A stretch of 64,000 bases of DNA from the human T2T-CHM13v2.0 reference genome, Homo sapiens (GCF_009914755.1 NC_060935.1); one strand, 5' to 3'; positions 30,191 to 44,333 are shown, numbered from the stretch's first letter. The notes: generated by a model from the sequence alone, not told the origin. A program made the numbers and translations.

Positions 30191-31199
30191 AAATCATACG
30201 ATAAAAAAGCTATATTTTAATCGTGGCTATATTTTTCTTGAGAAATGTTATTTAAATCTAGCTTCTTCTTATATTTTTATATCCCTTATGATAACTGTCT
30301 GCTCACATTTTCACATGCTATCTGCCATTAACGCCATATAGTTAATGCCAAGGGGACACAATCCAGCTTTGTCTTTAGTGTGACATTATTCAATTTCCAG
30401 GCAAATGGTGAGTATTTCTCAAAAAGCTTTTGGCTTATAGGACATTCCTTCAATCTTTAATGTCACATTCATATAATCTCATATTCATTTCTATTAATAT
30501 ACAGAGTAAGAATTTTTTTTTAGTTTTACAAATATTTCCTGAACATTTGGTTATGTAATGGAGCTATATATGATTAAAAAGTAGCAACTCTGCAATCACA
30601 GTAACACCAGTAATTTGTTTCAAAACAAATTCTTTAACTTCATATATACACAAAATTATGCTATTGGTAAATTTAAAAGTTAGAGACCCAATACTATGCC
30701 ATTTATATAACATGTGAAGAATGCCAGAGGCTGAGATGTCTTGTCAGCACATCCAGTACTGATTATGTAACTTAGATTAAATCCTTTTACCTGTTAAGGG
30801 TCCCAATTTCTTTTCTTCTGCAAGGTGGTATTAATAATATCACCTTATCTCCTTCAAAAACTTTTTGTAAAAGAGCTCAAGCAGCAGTGGGATATGATGG
30901 AAGATTTATATTATTAATTTTTTACTAGCATAGAGAATTACCCAAATATTTTAAATTTCAATAATATAAAAACAATTCTGTAGTTTTGATAATCTATTCT
31001 TATATATTTCATTCTCAATGATGATATATAAGATAGATCTAGAAGATTAAGTCACAGGATACACAGGAAAACTTGATTTAAAAATATCTAATGTATGAGC
31101 CAATTTTCTTAAGCCATTTACATATCTTGCTGAAAAATAGAATGCTGGAAAGGGCTCAGATAAAGGATTTAGGTAAGGAAATCCAAACAAGAGTTACTA

Positions 31200-31420
31200 T
31201 TTGAAGATCTTTTATTATGAATCAGGAACTTTACAAATATTGCTTGCCATTTGACAAATAACCCAGAAAGATAAGAAATATTATCTCAACTTCACACAGA
31301 AGGAAATTGAGATTAGAAAGATTAAATCATGTGCCAAATTTATATAGCTAGTTAATCACTGACCTGGGATTCAGCTCCTCTCCAGCTCATTATGGCTACA
31401 GAGAAAAACTTTTTTCTATT
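31200..31420 (-). mobile_element. MIR
   Basis: 'ttatctcaacttcacacagaaggaaattgagattagaaagattaaat...ctgggattca'. Confidence 0.65.
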
Positions 31421-31822
31421 CTGCAACACAGAACTGCTTCTCTAGACGTCACCAGCTATGTCTTATCCTCTGCAATTAGTTTATAATTTCTTTTGGAGTA
31501 CATGAGTGAAATAATTAATGAAAGAATTCATATGTACATAAATTAATTTATATATTAATAAAGTATATAAAAACAAATCCAGTAAATTTTACTTTTCCAA
31601 AGATTTTACAATACTCTGAGAATTGAGGAGTGTGTATGATTTTGTAATTAGTACATTGCATATTTCTAAGGCAAAGTTTAAAATTATATATTAATGCACA
31701 TCTGTCAATTTTGTGGAACTCTGCATGGTGAGGTTTGGATTTTTTAGGTATCCAATACCGTATGTTTTCTTAGGGCCCTAGGAGGTGAGTTTTTGTGGCT
31801 CATGTCAATTTTTTTGAGTTAG

Positions 31823-32201
<379 letters not shown>

Positions 32202-32554
32202 TATTTAAATCATTTCTAATAGATATAGCTACAATTTACCATTAATACTCTCAACAACCCTAAAATATAGTCACTTTACATATAGATAAACTAATATATG
32301 GAAAGATTATTCTACATGAGATAATATAGCTTGTAAATGGTACAATCAGTTAATAAGACAAACTTTCTGACTCCAAGGTGAAGATTCCATAGCCACAAAC
32401 AACCTCAATTAATGTTGAATTCAAAGATATATTGAGGTCAACAGGAAAAATGTGTAAAAAAGATGCAAACACATTAAATCAGATTTCATAACTATTCCTG
32501 TGGGTACAATCTAGCAATTGTATATATTACATTGTAATATGAAATGTATTTCTT

Positions 32555-33545
32555 TGAAAAACTATGCCCATACAAGGAATTTCACATGAGTATCTTTAGG
32601 AGCTTTATTCCTGATTGCCAAGACTTAGAAACAGTCAAGAGTGTTCACTTCAATGGGTGAATGGATAAACAAATTGCAGCACTTACCTGCAATGAAATAT
32701 TATTTAGCAATAAAACAAATGAACTATCCAGCCATGAAAAGACACAGAACCTTACTTTCATATTTTTAAGTGAAAGAAGCCAATCTGAAAAAGCTGCATA
32801 CCATATGATTACAACTGTATGACATTCTGGGAAAGACCAAACAATGGAGATACTAAAAAGATAATTGGTTTTCTAGAGTTCATGGAAGAAAGGGATGGAG
32901 GAGTAGGTGGAGCACAGGGAAGTTTTAGGATGGTAAAATTATTTTGTAGGATACTGTGATGAATACATGCCATTATTCATTTATCAAAAACTCATAGAAT
33001 GCACAACACCAAGAGTAAATCCTGATGTAAACTATGGGCTTTGGGTGATAATGGTGTGTCTGTGTATGTTCATCAATTGTAGTGAATGTACCACTCTGGT
33101 GGGGGATGTTGATAATTGGGGAGGTTATGCATGTGTGGGGACAGAGAGTGTGTGGGAAATCTCTGTACCTTCTGCTCAATTTTGCTATGAACCTAAAACT
33201 GCTTTAAAAAAAAAAGTCTATTTAAAGAACAAAATAGCCATAGAATATACAACATAAAGAGTGAATCTACCTGTAAAATAGCCATAGAATATACAACATA
33301 AAGAGTGAATCTACCTGTAAAATAGCCATAGAATATACAACATATAGAGTGAACCTACCTGTAAACTAAGGACCTTAGTTAATAATAATATATAAAATTG
33401 GTTTATCAACTGTAACAAATTTATCATACTAATGTAAGAGATTAATAATAGGGGAAACTGTAGGGAGTGAGGGGTTATAGGGAACTTTGTACTTCCTACT
33501 CGCTTTTTCTGTAAAACAAAAGCTGCTTTAAGAAATAAAACCAAT
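32555..33545 (+). mobile_element. Two tandem L1MC-type 3' ends (break at about 33230)
   Basis: 'tgtaaactatgggctttgggtgata...gaacctaaaactgctttaaaaa', followed by a second 3' end finishing 'aaagctgctttaagaaataaaa'. Confidence 0.85.
33231..33362 (+). repeat. 44-bp tandem repeat x3
   Basis: AAAATAGCCATAGAATATACAACATAAAGAGTGAATCTACCTGT at 33231, 33275 and 33319. Confidence 0.98.
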
Positions 33546-33916
33546 TAATTCAAAAATGAAGTAGATGTATATGATGTTGATATTATGAGTATACACCTAT
33601 AGAAATTGCCTTTGTCTGGAGAATTCAGTAAATGCTCCAAGGTCAAATGAAAAAAAAAAAGACCATTTAGAAGATATGTAAATTGATTATGTCTGTGAAA
33701 TAAAATTTCCAAAGACTATAAGAATCACATATTCAAAAAACGCTTAGATTGCATCCTGGGAAATGATCACGAGGACTTTAAATGTAGCTCTAGAGAAGAT
33801 AAAGATCTTGATGAGCGGGTTTTGTGTAAGAGCTTGAGTAAGTTGTATCATGTATTAAGAGTGAGATGAAAAAACATGCCATTTCTTAATAATTTTGTTA
33901 TTTGAAAAGATATACT

Positions 33917-34216
33917 ATTTATTTATTTTTGCAGTTTTGAGATAGGGTCTCACTCTGTCACCCAGACTGAGTGCAGTGGCATGATTATAGCTCACTGAAG
34001 CCTTGACCTCCTGGGCTCAAGTGATCCTCCTACCTCATCGTCCTAAAGAGCTGGGACTACAGGTGCGCACCACCACACCTTGCTAATTTTATTTTTTGTA
34101 GAGATGAGGTCTCACTATGTTGCCCAGGCTAGTCTCGAACTTGTGCATGCAAGTGATCCTCCTCCCTAGACTTCCTGAAGTGCAAGTATTGCATGTGTGA
34201 GCTACTGAGCTCAGCC
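33917..34216 (-). mobile_element. AluJ
   Basis: 'agggtctcac', 'atagctcactg...cctgggctcaag' J diagnostics. Confidence 0.92.
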
Positions 34217-34409
34217 TAAAATATGCGGTTTAAATATGTAAATGTAACTAATTTAATAAACTGAGAATTAAAACTAGTTATTAGATAACCTCATAAACAT
34301 TAAACTGATAAGTGAATGTATATTATTCTTGGGCAAAATCATTTAATTAGTAAAATTCTCATTGGGAATATGGAGGCTCACTCTATTTGGGGAATTATAT
34401 TATATTGAA

Positions 34410-34995
34410 GCATTCATGGTATTTTTTAAGTGCTTATCATATATTAGGCTCTGGGTTAGGTATTGTAAGGCAGATACAAAATAATCACCAAGATATGGTT
34501 CCTGCACAGAGTCCCTAAATTATGATTCTATGATAGGGTTTGAATGGAAATAATTGAAGTGTAACTCTAGTCACTGCTCAATGTCTATGAACAGTTCCTG
34601 TGAAACATGGAATTTATTATGCCAGTCTAAAGGAAGGAGAAATTGCCTTGTCTGGAGAATTCAGTAAACACTCCAAGGAGAAAACAATATTTTTGATGAC
34701 CTTCAGTGGATTTGAAAAATGGAGAGGAAAAGATGAAAATTTTAGGTTGAAAGAAATTCCTTAAGCACAAATAAAAGTGCAGAAAATAATAAATTGTGTC
34801 TGAGGGTTGACAGGTAAGTCAGTAATTTGGTTAGATCACAAGAATCTGAGTATGAAGTGGAGGGGAGAATTCTTATGGAAATGGTAGATGTGGGTAAGGC
34901 ATGTGCTGGATTGACAGCAAGATAAAGCATAGTCCTTTTTCAGTTAGCAATAGATGGGGAGATATTAAAACGATTAAGAGTTTCTGAGCAAGAGC
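34410..34995 (-). mobile_element. L2 fragment
   Basis: 'gtgcttatcatatattaggctctgggttagg...atggttcctgc' and purine-rich antisense L2 body. Confidence 0.65.
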
Positions 34996-35417
34996 TATCC
35001 CTTAAAAAACTCAAGGTTATTCTTCAGGTTTGTGATAACAGAACTTACCTTACTGCATTACACTTTATCAGGTCCTTTTGTCCTCTAGACTGTGAGATTC
35101 TCAAGGACAGATGTCATGTTTTATTCATCTTGTTATTTTCAGCACTTAATATATAACTGGTACACAGTGTAAGAACTATAAATGCTTATTAATGAATAAT
35201 TGAATTTCCTTTTTCTTAAACACTTTTAATATAATTTTGAGAACTTAGAAATATTGGTTTGAAAATACTCGAATCTGAGTCAATTCTAATAACCACTGAC
35301 TTACTACCTCTGATTGGACTCCACGTCAGACATCTGGTGTTGATAGGGAAGGGACAAGGGAAGGAATTAAAATGTCATGGTTCAAAGAGACTAAGCCCCT
35401 AATAAATATATTACTGC

Positions 35418-36263
35418 TTTTTTTAAAAAATACCCACATTATTGAGGTATAATCTACATACAAAATGCTGTACATATTTAATGCATATAACTTGATAAGT
35501 TTGGAGGTAACTATACACCCATAAAATCATGACCACAATCTATGCCATAAACTTATCTATCATCTCCATAAGTTTCCTTTATTTATTTTTTATTTCTTTT
35601 GCAGGAGTACTTGACATAAGATCTATCCATGAAAGCAAACTTTTAAGTATACAATACAGCATTGTTAACCACAGGCCATACACTGTACAGTAGATATCAA
35701 AAACTTATTCATCTTGCATGACTAAAACAATTTTGTACCCTTTGACCAATACTTCCCCATTTCTCCCTCCCTCCAGCTCCTGTCAGCTGCTATTCTAGTC
35801 TCTTGTTCTATTAGGTTGACTATTTTAGATTCCTCATAAAAGTTGGGGTCATTCAGTGTTCATCCTGGCTTATTTCACTTAGAATGTCCTCTAGATTCAA
35901 ACATGTTGTCACAAATAGCAAATTTCCTTTCTTTTTAAGGCTGAGTAATATTCCATTTTATATATATATACATGTAAACACACACTATATATTCCATATT
36001 TTCTTTATCCATTCATCTATTGAGGGATATTTAGGTTTTTTCCATATTGTGGCTATTGTGAATAATGCTACAATGAACATGAAAGTACAGATATCTCTCC
36101 AAGATCCTGACTTCAATTTCATTGAATATATACCCAGAAGTGGGATTGTTGGATCAAATAATTCTATTTTTAACTTTCTGAGGAATCTCCATACTGTTTT
36201 CCATCATAGCTGCACTAATTTACATTCCCACCAAGAGTGTACAAGGATTCCCTATTCCCCACA
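35418..36263 (-). mobile_element. L1MA9/L1MB-like 3' end
   Basis: 'ttattgaggtataat', 'tgtacagtagatatcaaaaacttattcatcttgc', 'tttacattcccaccaa'. Confidence 0.9.
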
Positions 36264-39187
36264 AAACTTGTCTTTGAACTACTGCTTTTCTTTGAACTCA
36301 CTGTCCTCCCAATATACTAGACCTGGTAACTGGATATTTAGATTGTTTCTTGTGCCTAAAAAGTCTTTGTGACATGTCTGTGACCCCAGCTTCTCTAAGA
36401 CTGTGGCTTATTTTGCTTCTCCAGGTTCCCTGCTTAAAGTTTAACGTTGAAACTCAGGCCAGTGCCTGCAATCCAGTGAGCTACCTGCTGACAGGTGTCC
36501 TTCAGGCGTTTCTCCTGGAATCCTGAATGCTGCTGTTGGAATTTGTCTCTATGCCCTCCTCAAACCTCCTTATCAGGACACTGCTCTGAATACTGCATTC
36601 TGTCCTTCAGACTGTCCTTCCCCTCAGCATCTGCTATTCAGTTTCTATAAGCAGCGCCTGTTCCTCCTATACAGGAAGATTTTGTTCTAGGTCTGGTCCC
36701 AGCCTGCTATAAATAACTGAATCACATACAAGCAACTTCAAAAATATTACTGAATATAACATTAAAATAATCTACATTTTAAAATTAAAAATACACAATC
36801 AAAATAACACCACTTCTTTTATTCTTTTATATAGCATAGCAGTATAATTTATCTTTTTACATTACAAACAATGGCCAAAATGATCAGAAAATATGTACTT
36901 GAAGTTAATTACTTTTACAAATATGATAAGATGTCTTGGAGAAATAAGAGAGGAATTTCTGCCACAACCCATTCTGATGTCTGAGAAAAAAAAAAGCGTT
37001 GTCCTCAGCACTGCATAAACTCAGGTGAAACTTAATATTGTTTATTTTTAACATTTCCAATGGTTATTAACTAACAGACTGTCAGTGTTGGAAGAGACTT
37101 TAGAGGTCAGCAATAATTTCTTTCTTGAATGGGATAAGTGCAGTAATCTTATAACTCTTTAAAAGTAAAATGGATTAGCTAAACTAATTCCCTTTCCACA
37201 TTGAAATGCTATGCAACATATTTGAAAAATCTTTATTGCTTCCATTCCAGTGGCAACAAACAGAAAGTTTTCCTTGCCTTGTCTGTCAGCCTGGTTACTA
37301 TCAAAGATTTATCCTAAAAAGAGCATAAAAAATTTTCTTACAAAAATTATACTTTTGTGGATTTGCTATAATAAGTTATCCCCTTAATTAAGACTTTCCC
37401 ACCTAGCAATGGGAAAAACTTCTGTCATTACTATCCCTGTGATAACATTACACATTACAACATTACCACATCTCTGTGGTAACATTACTCCAGGAATTGC
37501 ACTGATCCCTCTAAGGTCTGTCTTTTTACCTGAGTAAACGTTCCAAGGTTCACATCTTTGTTTAACCAGGACTACTACTGCACTTCGCACATGGCAGTGG
37601 TTCAATAAATATTTTTTAAAAGGAATGGATAAATGAATGCAACCAATAAAAGATAGGTAAATAATTATTTGTATCAACACACAACTGAATGTATATCTGA
37701 AATTGAGTAATGGTTAAAATCAATGATGCCTTTGAAAAATTACCTGACTTTCACATTCTTACTTTCCTTCTGTTACTATCGTAACAGTAAGGCAAGCCAA
37801 ACACAGTCTCTCCTCTTGGGTAGTGAATTCCTACTCATTCTTCTTAGGATAAAAATTTGATTCTTTGTGAAGTATTTCTCATTCCCTCAGGCAGAACTTT
37901 ATATTCATTTCTCTTATTACTTTGCAATAAGAGAATTACATTGTATTGTCATTTTCTCCTCAGGAATTATCTAGGCCTTAAATGAAAACTAAATATGAGT
38001 CTTTATATACCACCGAAGGTTGCTCACTGTGTTTCTGTACCTCTGGATTTAAATTTGCTGCCCTGATCACATTCCCTGTGCTCATAGATATCTTTGAAGG
38101 ATATACACATGCATGATATTTTTACCAGTTTTGCACCATAATCAACCTTTTAAATGGACTCATTTTACTTTTTTACTCTGTCATGTCAACAACTACTATT
38201 AAAATGTAGTAACAGATGTTTGAAGTGTGTGGTAAATAAATTTGTGTGTGTAGCACAGATGATAAATATACTGCTGAGCTTTGACAGTTTAATTCACTTG
38301 AAATCCAAACAGTTTGAATGTCAGTTAACAATGAACAACTTTAAGCAGGCTGTGGTAACTATAATGCTTATTGGGAAATGATGAATATTTTATATTCTAA
38401 AAAGTACAGCCTATTTTCCTTTGTCCTAAGTAAAAATGTGTAGTTCAAGAATTGAGCATTGAAATTCCCCCATCTAGAATTCTCTACCTGAAAAAGAATG
38501 ACTAAAGATAGATAAGATAATGTATATACATATATTGATATATATTTCTGCATGTAGAGAGAGATCATTCTATCACTCATCTATCTATCTAGATGCTATA
38601 CTGTGAAATGAAATGATAGATTGCTCATATACAATGATTGTCTTCATTTTTGGTTTGTGGTCTAGCAATCCTTGGGATATACAAGGACTTGTAGCCTAGG
38701 GGTGTTAAGTTGTTTTTGGTATAATTACTTCTATTTATGCAGTAATGTCCCCAGGCTTAGGATCCCAACCAGGGCCTCACCATTATTGGGTGGGCGAATT
38801 TTGTATTGTCAGGTATCTGGCATCACCTGAGGCATTAGCTTACACCGGCGCTTATAGAACCTGACACCATGATTCTTTAGGTGTCATTAGGCCTCTTTAG
38901 TTATGCTTAGAAATTCTTAGTCACTGCCCCAAAGATAAGCTTTTCAGTTTGACCACCTTCTAGGAGCCACTCTCATATTGCTCAATGCTGCTCCTCCTGG
39001 ACACATTCAATTTCTCCTGCTTCCTTTCTTACCTCTCTTAAAATTCACCAGACCTTCTGAAATCCACTGTTTGTGGTAAACTCCTCTTCATGTTCTCAAC
39101 TAGACACAAAATTCTTTTCTAATTCCTTGCATTAATTATACCCTAGCATATATTAGAAGACACTGATTTGGCTGCAAACTTCTAGAA

Positions 39188-39404
39188 CATGGTTAAGCAA
39201 GCTTTCCCTATAAAAGGCCACATAGTAAATATTTTAGGCTTCATGGGCCATATGGTTTTTGCTGCAATTAATCAACTCTGACACTGCAGCACAAAAACAG
39301 CCACAGACAATGTATAAATTAATGAGTGTTGCTGTGTTTCAATGAAACTTCATTTACAAAACAAGCAGCAGGCCAGATTTAAGGGCCTTGGTGATCAGCC
39401 CCTG
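39188..39404. mobile_element. MER58A hAT-Charlie MITE
   Basis: 'aaaggccacatagtaaatattttaggctt...cagccacagacaat...cccctg'; hAT-like target TTCTAGAA on the left. Confidence 0.85.
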
Positions 39405-40009
39405 CTTTACAGTAGAGAGTGTCCATCCTCCCGTATGCCTTGTTTCACAAAAGCAAACGATTGAGTCACAAATCTAACTTTCCAGTTCATTGTACTCCCA
39501 TCCTTGTATAAGTCATCCTTTAACCCATTCACATCACTGTTCTTTACCAATTTCTTGGTCACTCCTGAACATATTTTAAAGAATCTGGTGACTGATTCAC
39601 ACTATTCCTCTTAACCCAAGGCCTATCTACTATCTGAAATTTCTATGACAATCACTGAATATAAACATTTCCAAATTCAACAATAATATTTCACAACATT
39701 TAATTTCTTGTTCACCTCAACTCTGATTATCTTACAATCCATCTTGTCTACCCTTACTTATGACAGTATTTTGGATCATGTCATCAAAATGCAGTGCTCT
39801 AGAGCAGAACATTAAACTGCTGACAGAATATAATAATTTATAACACTCTCTCACTACAACCTCCTTTTATTCCAGTTATTCTCATTCCTTTATCTCTACC
39901 AAAATGATCACTCAAATTAATTAAGCTTTCATTCCTTTGACTTCTCAATTTTATCCCAAACCATTCTATTTCATCTGTCTCTACTTCCTTTTCTATTCAA
40001 CTGAAGCCT

Positions 40010-40240
40010 TATAATAGTAGCAGTCAGAATTTATTGAGTACTTATTAAGTGTCAGACACTATGCTAAGTATTTCACATGCATTATATAATGTTAGTTCTC
40101 ACAACAACTCTGTGAGGTAGGTACCAATGTCTTCAGATGAGGCAAATGTGATTTTGAGAAATTAGGTAATTGAGTCACCCAACTAAGTGTCAGAGTGAGC
40201 TTTGAGTATAGGCCTGCCAAACACTAAAGTGCATTATGCA
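40010..40240 (-). mobile_element. MIR
   Basis: 'tttattgagtacttat...ctcacaacaactctgtgaggtaggtac...cagatgagg'. Confidence 0.8.
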
Positions 40241-40249
40241 AAATAATGC

Positions 40250-41430
40250 AAGTAACTCATTTAAGTATTCTTAGTGCTTATTTGTGGCACTGGTAATATA
40301 AAGATCAAGAAGAAATGGACTACGTCTTCAAGAAGCTGAAGTTTAGTGGTATAATCCTTCATGCATACAATCATCCTTCATAAATACAATGCAACATCAG
40401 GTAATAATAAAGAAATGTTCAAATTAATATTATAGCAAATAGGAGAGAATGAACTTCCTTAAGAGACTCTTTGCAGATAAAACAACACTTCACCTGGGTC
40501 TTAAAGAGTAATCTGAAATTTACCAGGTGGGAAAATTTTAGAATATTTCAGGAGGAAGAAAAATCATGTACATTGACATGGAGATAGGCTTCAGTTGGCA
40601 TGGTCCTCTAATGTTAGATAACAAAGGTGAAAGGACTGGGAGTGTTAGGAGAGGAAACTAGCAATTAGGTGACTGATAGCTATTGCACGGATTCTATGGA
40701 ATCTGTATGTTTTTTCTTAGAAAATGGAGAGATTTTATTTAGTTTTATGTCCTAGTGTACATATTATAAAGAGGAAGCTCCCAAGATGATAAAAAAGGCA
40801 ACTTTTGGGAGCAAAGACACAGAAAAAATAATCAGAATTGTTGAGGAAAAAGACTGAATGGAGGGCTGGCACCCTATGGGGTCAGAGAAGAAAGAATGAA
40901 TTCAAGACAAATGCCAGAAACTGAATTGTGAGAGTTTAATATATTGGATGCAGTAACATAGAAGGGAGAGGATAGAGGCACCTCGATGGCTTAGATTTCT
41001 TTCCAAGGAGACTATTAAAATGGTGATGCCGCTATATAGGTACATTAATTAAGGAGATGGAAAACATTTTTTGTAAGAAGATAATGTACTGAATTTTAAA
41101 ATGGCGAGTTTCAGATAGTCCAGGGATGGAGATTCTGAGATTCAAAAGTTATAATGAGTTTATTAATAGGAATGGGTGATTTGAAACAGACATGTGGAAC
41201 AAAGGTGGGAGAGGGAAAGGATCCAGATGAACGCAATCAGAGGGGAGGAAAACTACCAGGGCATAGAGGTGCCCACAAAGCCAAGGGAATAAAAAATTGT
41301 AAGAGGGAGTGGAAAAGAGAAGCAAAATGTCTCAAACAGGCCATAAACCAATAGAACCATGGGATTAGTGGCTTAGGGACAATTTCACTGGAATTTTGGA
41401 GGCAGAAATCAATAATTTTATAATAGTTAA
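40250..41430 (-). mobile_element. L2 fragment
   Basis: Long purine-rich antisense L2 body. Confidence 0.65.
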
Positions 41431-43715
41431 AAATGGTTTATGTGTTCAGATTTATCAAATGTTATATATTTATAAACTGATTTCAATTAAAATATCTATC
41501 TCTACCAATATAAATAATTTTCATCCTTTGTTTTTAGAATGTTTTTGAAAGGATTGGGATTGGGCTATTCTTAGATTTTGAAGACACTGGAGAACAGATG
41601 GCCACATTTTCAATATGACTTAAGATGATATTTGACAATAAAATACAATAATCAGTAACTTTATGTTTTCTCATTGCAACACTTGCCCCCAGATTTCTGG
41701 GGGAAAAAATCCCAATTGTTTTTCTTATTATTTCTTATAATCTATTCTCTTGTTTTCTATTCCGGTGTTAGGATCCCACATGATTATAATTTGTAATTTT
41801 CTCAGTAGTGAATAAATACTTATTTGCTTTTACTCTGCTAAATGTATAACACATTTAATGAAAATTATCCCAGTTTTACACCCTTGTCAAAATTCAAAGA
41901 AATGAGTTTAAACTTTTGTTGCTTGACTTTTTTGATTCAAATAAAGTTATGTTCATAGCAAAGAACATGTAATGCCAATTTTGTAGTAAATGCTACCTCA
42001 TTGTCAATGGCAGAGAAAAGTAATCATTTTAGGCTAAACATAGCTATTTTTATTTTTTTAACCAGGCTTTCAAGAAATATTATAACAAAAAACAGAAGCA
42101 TCGAGAAATACATTCCAGAAATCATGCACTTTAGACTGAAATTGTTTCCTATTCCAAAGTGATGGAAACATTAATGATTGTGTTCATTTTTAGTCTTAAC
42201 AGGTCATAAGTTTCCCTTGAAACCATGCAATAATGAATTACTAATTAGTAATGAGAACTTGCTTCTTCAGCAAGTGCTTGCCTCTCCCTAAGACAGGTCA
42301 ATGTGGGGTGAAACTTTTCACCTGGGTGTATGCTGCAGGCCTCTGCACTTACGGTATTAACTAAAAGTTTATTCCCTGAAATTACTAGGCAGCAATCTTT
42401 GTGAAAAAATGGTTGGCTGATTTTATTCTGTCTCTTTTTGCCTAGGAGGTTACATGGGGGAGCTGCATTTTTGAGCCGCATTTATTTTTACAACAGTCTG
42501 AATGAACTGAATCTGTAGGCGTGATTGAGAATGCGAAATAAATACAGTGCTGTGGCTCCTACCCACAGAGGATACAGATTATACTGTCAATGGCTGAATA
42601 TATACACATGAAATTAACTAAAAGACGTAATTGCAGAGGGGTCCCGTATATCGGTAGTATTAGCAATATCACCATCTCTCAGTTATCTTCCCTCTCAACC
42701 CTCCCAAGGTATCTCCTCAGCCAATATATGATTAAGAAATACATATAATTAACAGACAACATATTAGCCTAAGTTTGTACCTGAAGCCTGACTACAGAAA
42801 TTAGGAGAAACTGTAAATGTTCATCTACCTTGCTCCCAATTACTAGGAAATCTTTCTATTCCTAGCTCCATCTGGAGTCTCTCTCTTGGAATCCAAGCTT
42901 ACACGGTTAGCTTTTTAAGGACTCTGGAGCATTTTGCTTTGATCTTTACCTTCCCACTTTTTCCGTTCCCCACCTTCACTTTCATCACAAGCAGCTTACT
43001 TGGATGTTGATTAAAAAGGGCCCAAAACTTGTCATTCCTTCCTTGAGAAGTGGAATTTCTTTCTCTACCCCTTTAGTTTGGGCTGATCCAATGATTGTTT
43101 TCAACCAGAGAATATGGCAGTAGAAGCCCTATGTAATACTAAGACTGAATATTAAGAGATTTGCTTACATTTTTAAGCACTTGAATGCCATCTCTTCGAA
43201 TCCAGCAGGCATGCTGTGAGAAGTTCAAGCCATGTGGAGAGACGATGTAAAGGAGTAACAACACATTCGGCTTAGCAGCCTCATCTGAGATCCCAGACCA
43301 TAACTAGCACCAGCTGCAGCCAGCCATTTGAGTGAAGTGTGCTGGGAGTTCTACCAGCAGAGCCTCCAGATGACTGCAGAACCAGCTGACATCTGATGCA
43401 ATATAGCAGAACGACTCAGCTGAGGACCTAATTGATAGAGAAGCATGAGAGATAATTAAAAGTTGTTGGGCAGGGCACTGTGACTGACACGAGTAATCCA
43501 GCACTTTGGGAGGCCGAGGCAGGCAGATAGCTTGTGCCCAGGAGTTCAAGACCAGCCTGGGCAATGTGGCAAACCCCATCTCTACACACAAGAAGAATAC
43601 AAAAATTAGCTGGGTGTGGTGGCATGTGCCTATTGTCCCAACTGCTTGGGGGGCTGAGGCAGGAGGATCACTTGAGCCGGGGAGAAGTCAAAGCTGCAAT
43701 GAGCCAAAATCATGC

Positions 43716-44333
43716 TGTCAGAGGCGATCAAACCAAAGCTACTCTATCTTGAATAGGGGATGGGTAAAATAGGGCTGAAGCCAGCTGCGTTCCCAGGAGG
43801 TTAAGGTATTCTTAGTTGCAGATGAGTTAGGAGGTCCGCACAAGGTACAGAGCACAAAGACCTTGCTGATGAAACAGCATATTGTAAAGAAGCCAGCCCA
43901 AGCCAGCCAAAATCACGAGGGCAACAAATGTGACCTCTGGTTGTCCTCACTCCTCATTATGTGCTAATTATAATGCATTAGCGTGCTAAAAGACACTCCC
44001 ACTAGCACCATAACAGTTTATAAATGCCATGGCAACATGAGGAAGTCACCCTGTATGGTCTAAAAAGGGGTGGAACCCTCAGTTCTGGGAATTGCCCACC
44101 CCTTTCCTGGAAAACTCATAAATAATCCACTGCTAGTTTAGCATATGTCAAAAAGTAACAGTAAGTATAAGCAGCTGAGCAGCCTATGCTGCTGCCTAGC
44201 CTATGGAGTAGCCCCTCTCTCTTCCTCTACTTTCCTAATAAACTTGCTTTCACTTTACTCTATGGAGTCATAGAGTGTGTGAGATCCAAGAACCCTCTCT
44301 TGGGGTCTGGCTCAGGACCCCTTTCTGGTAATA
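43716..44333 (+). mobile_element. MER41B-like ERV1 solo LTR
   Basis: 'tgtcagaggcg...atcttgaatagggg...gagatccaagaaccctctcttggggtctgg...'. Confidence 0.92.
44083..44112. promoter_or_regulatory. Tandem GAS (STAT) motifs in MER41
   Basis: TTCTGGGAA at 44083-44091 and TTCCTGGAA at 44104-44112, both fitting TTCN3GAA; activity not shown. Confidence 0.6.

Noticed and set aside
33231-33362. CRISPR-like array
   Set aside because: Head-to-tail repeats with no spacers, in eukaryotic L1-derived sequence
35884-36372. Longest ORF (162 aa)
   Set aside because: Antisense read-through of an L1MA/MB 3' region
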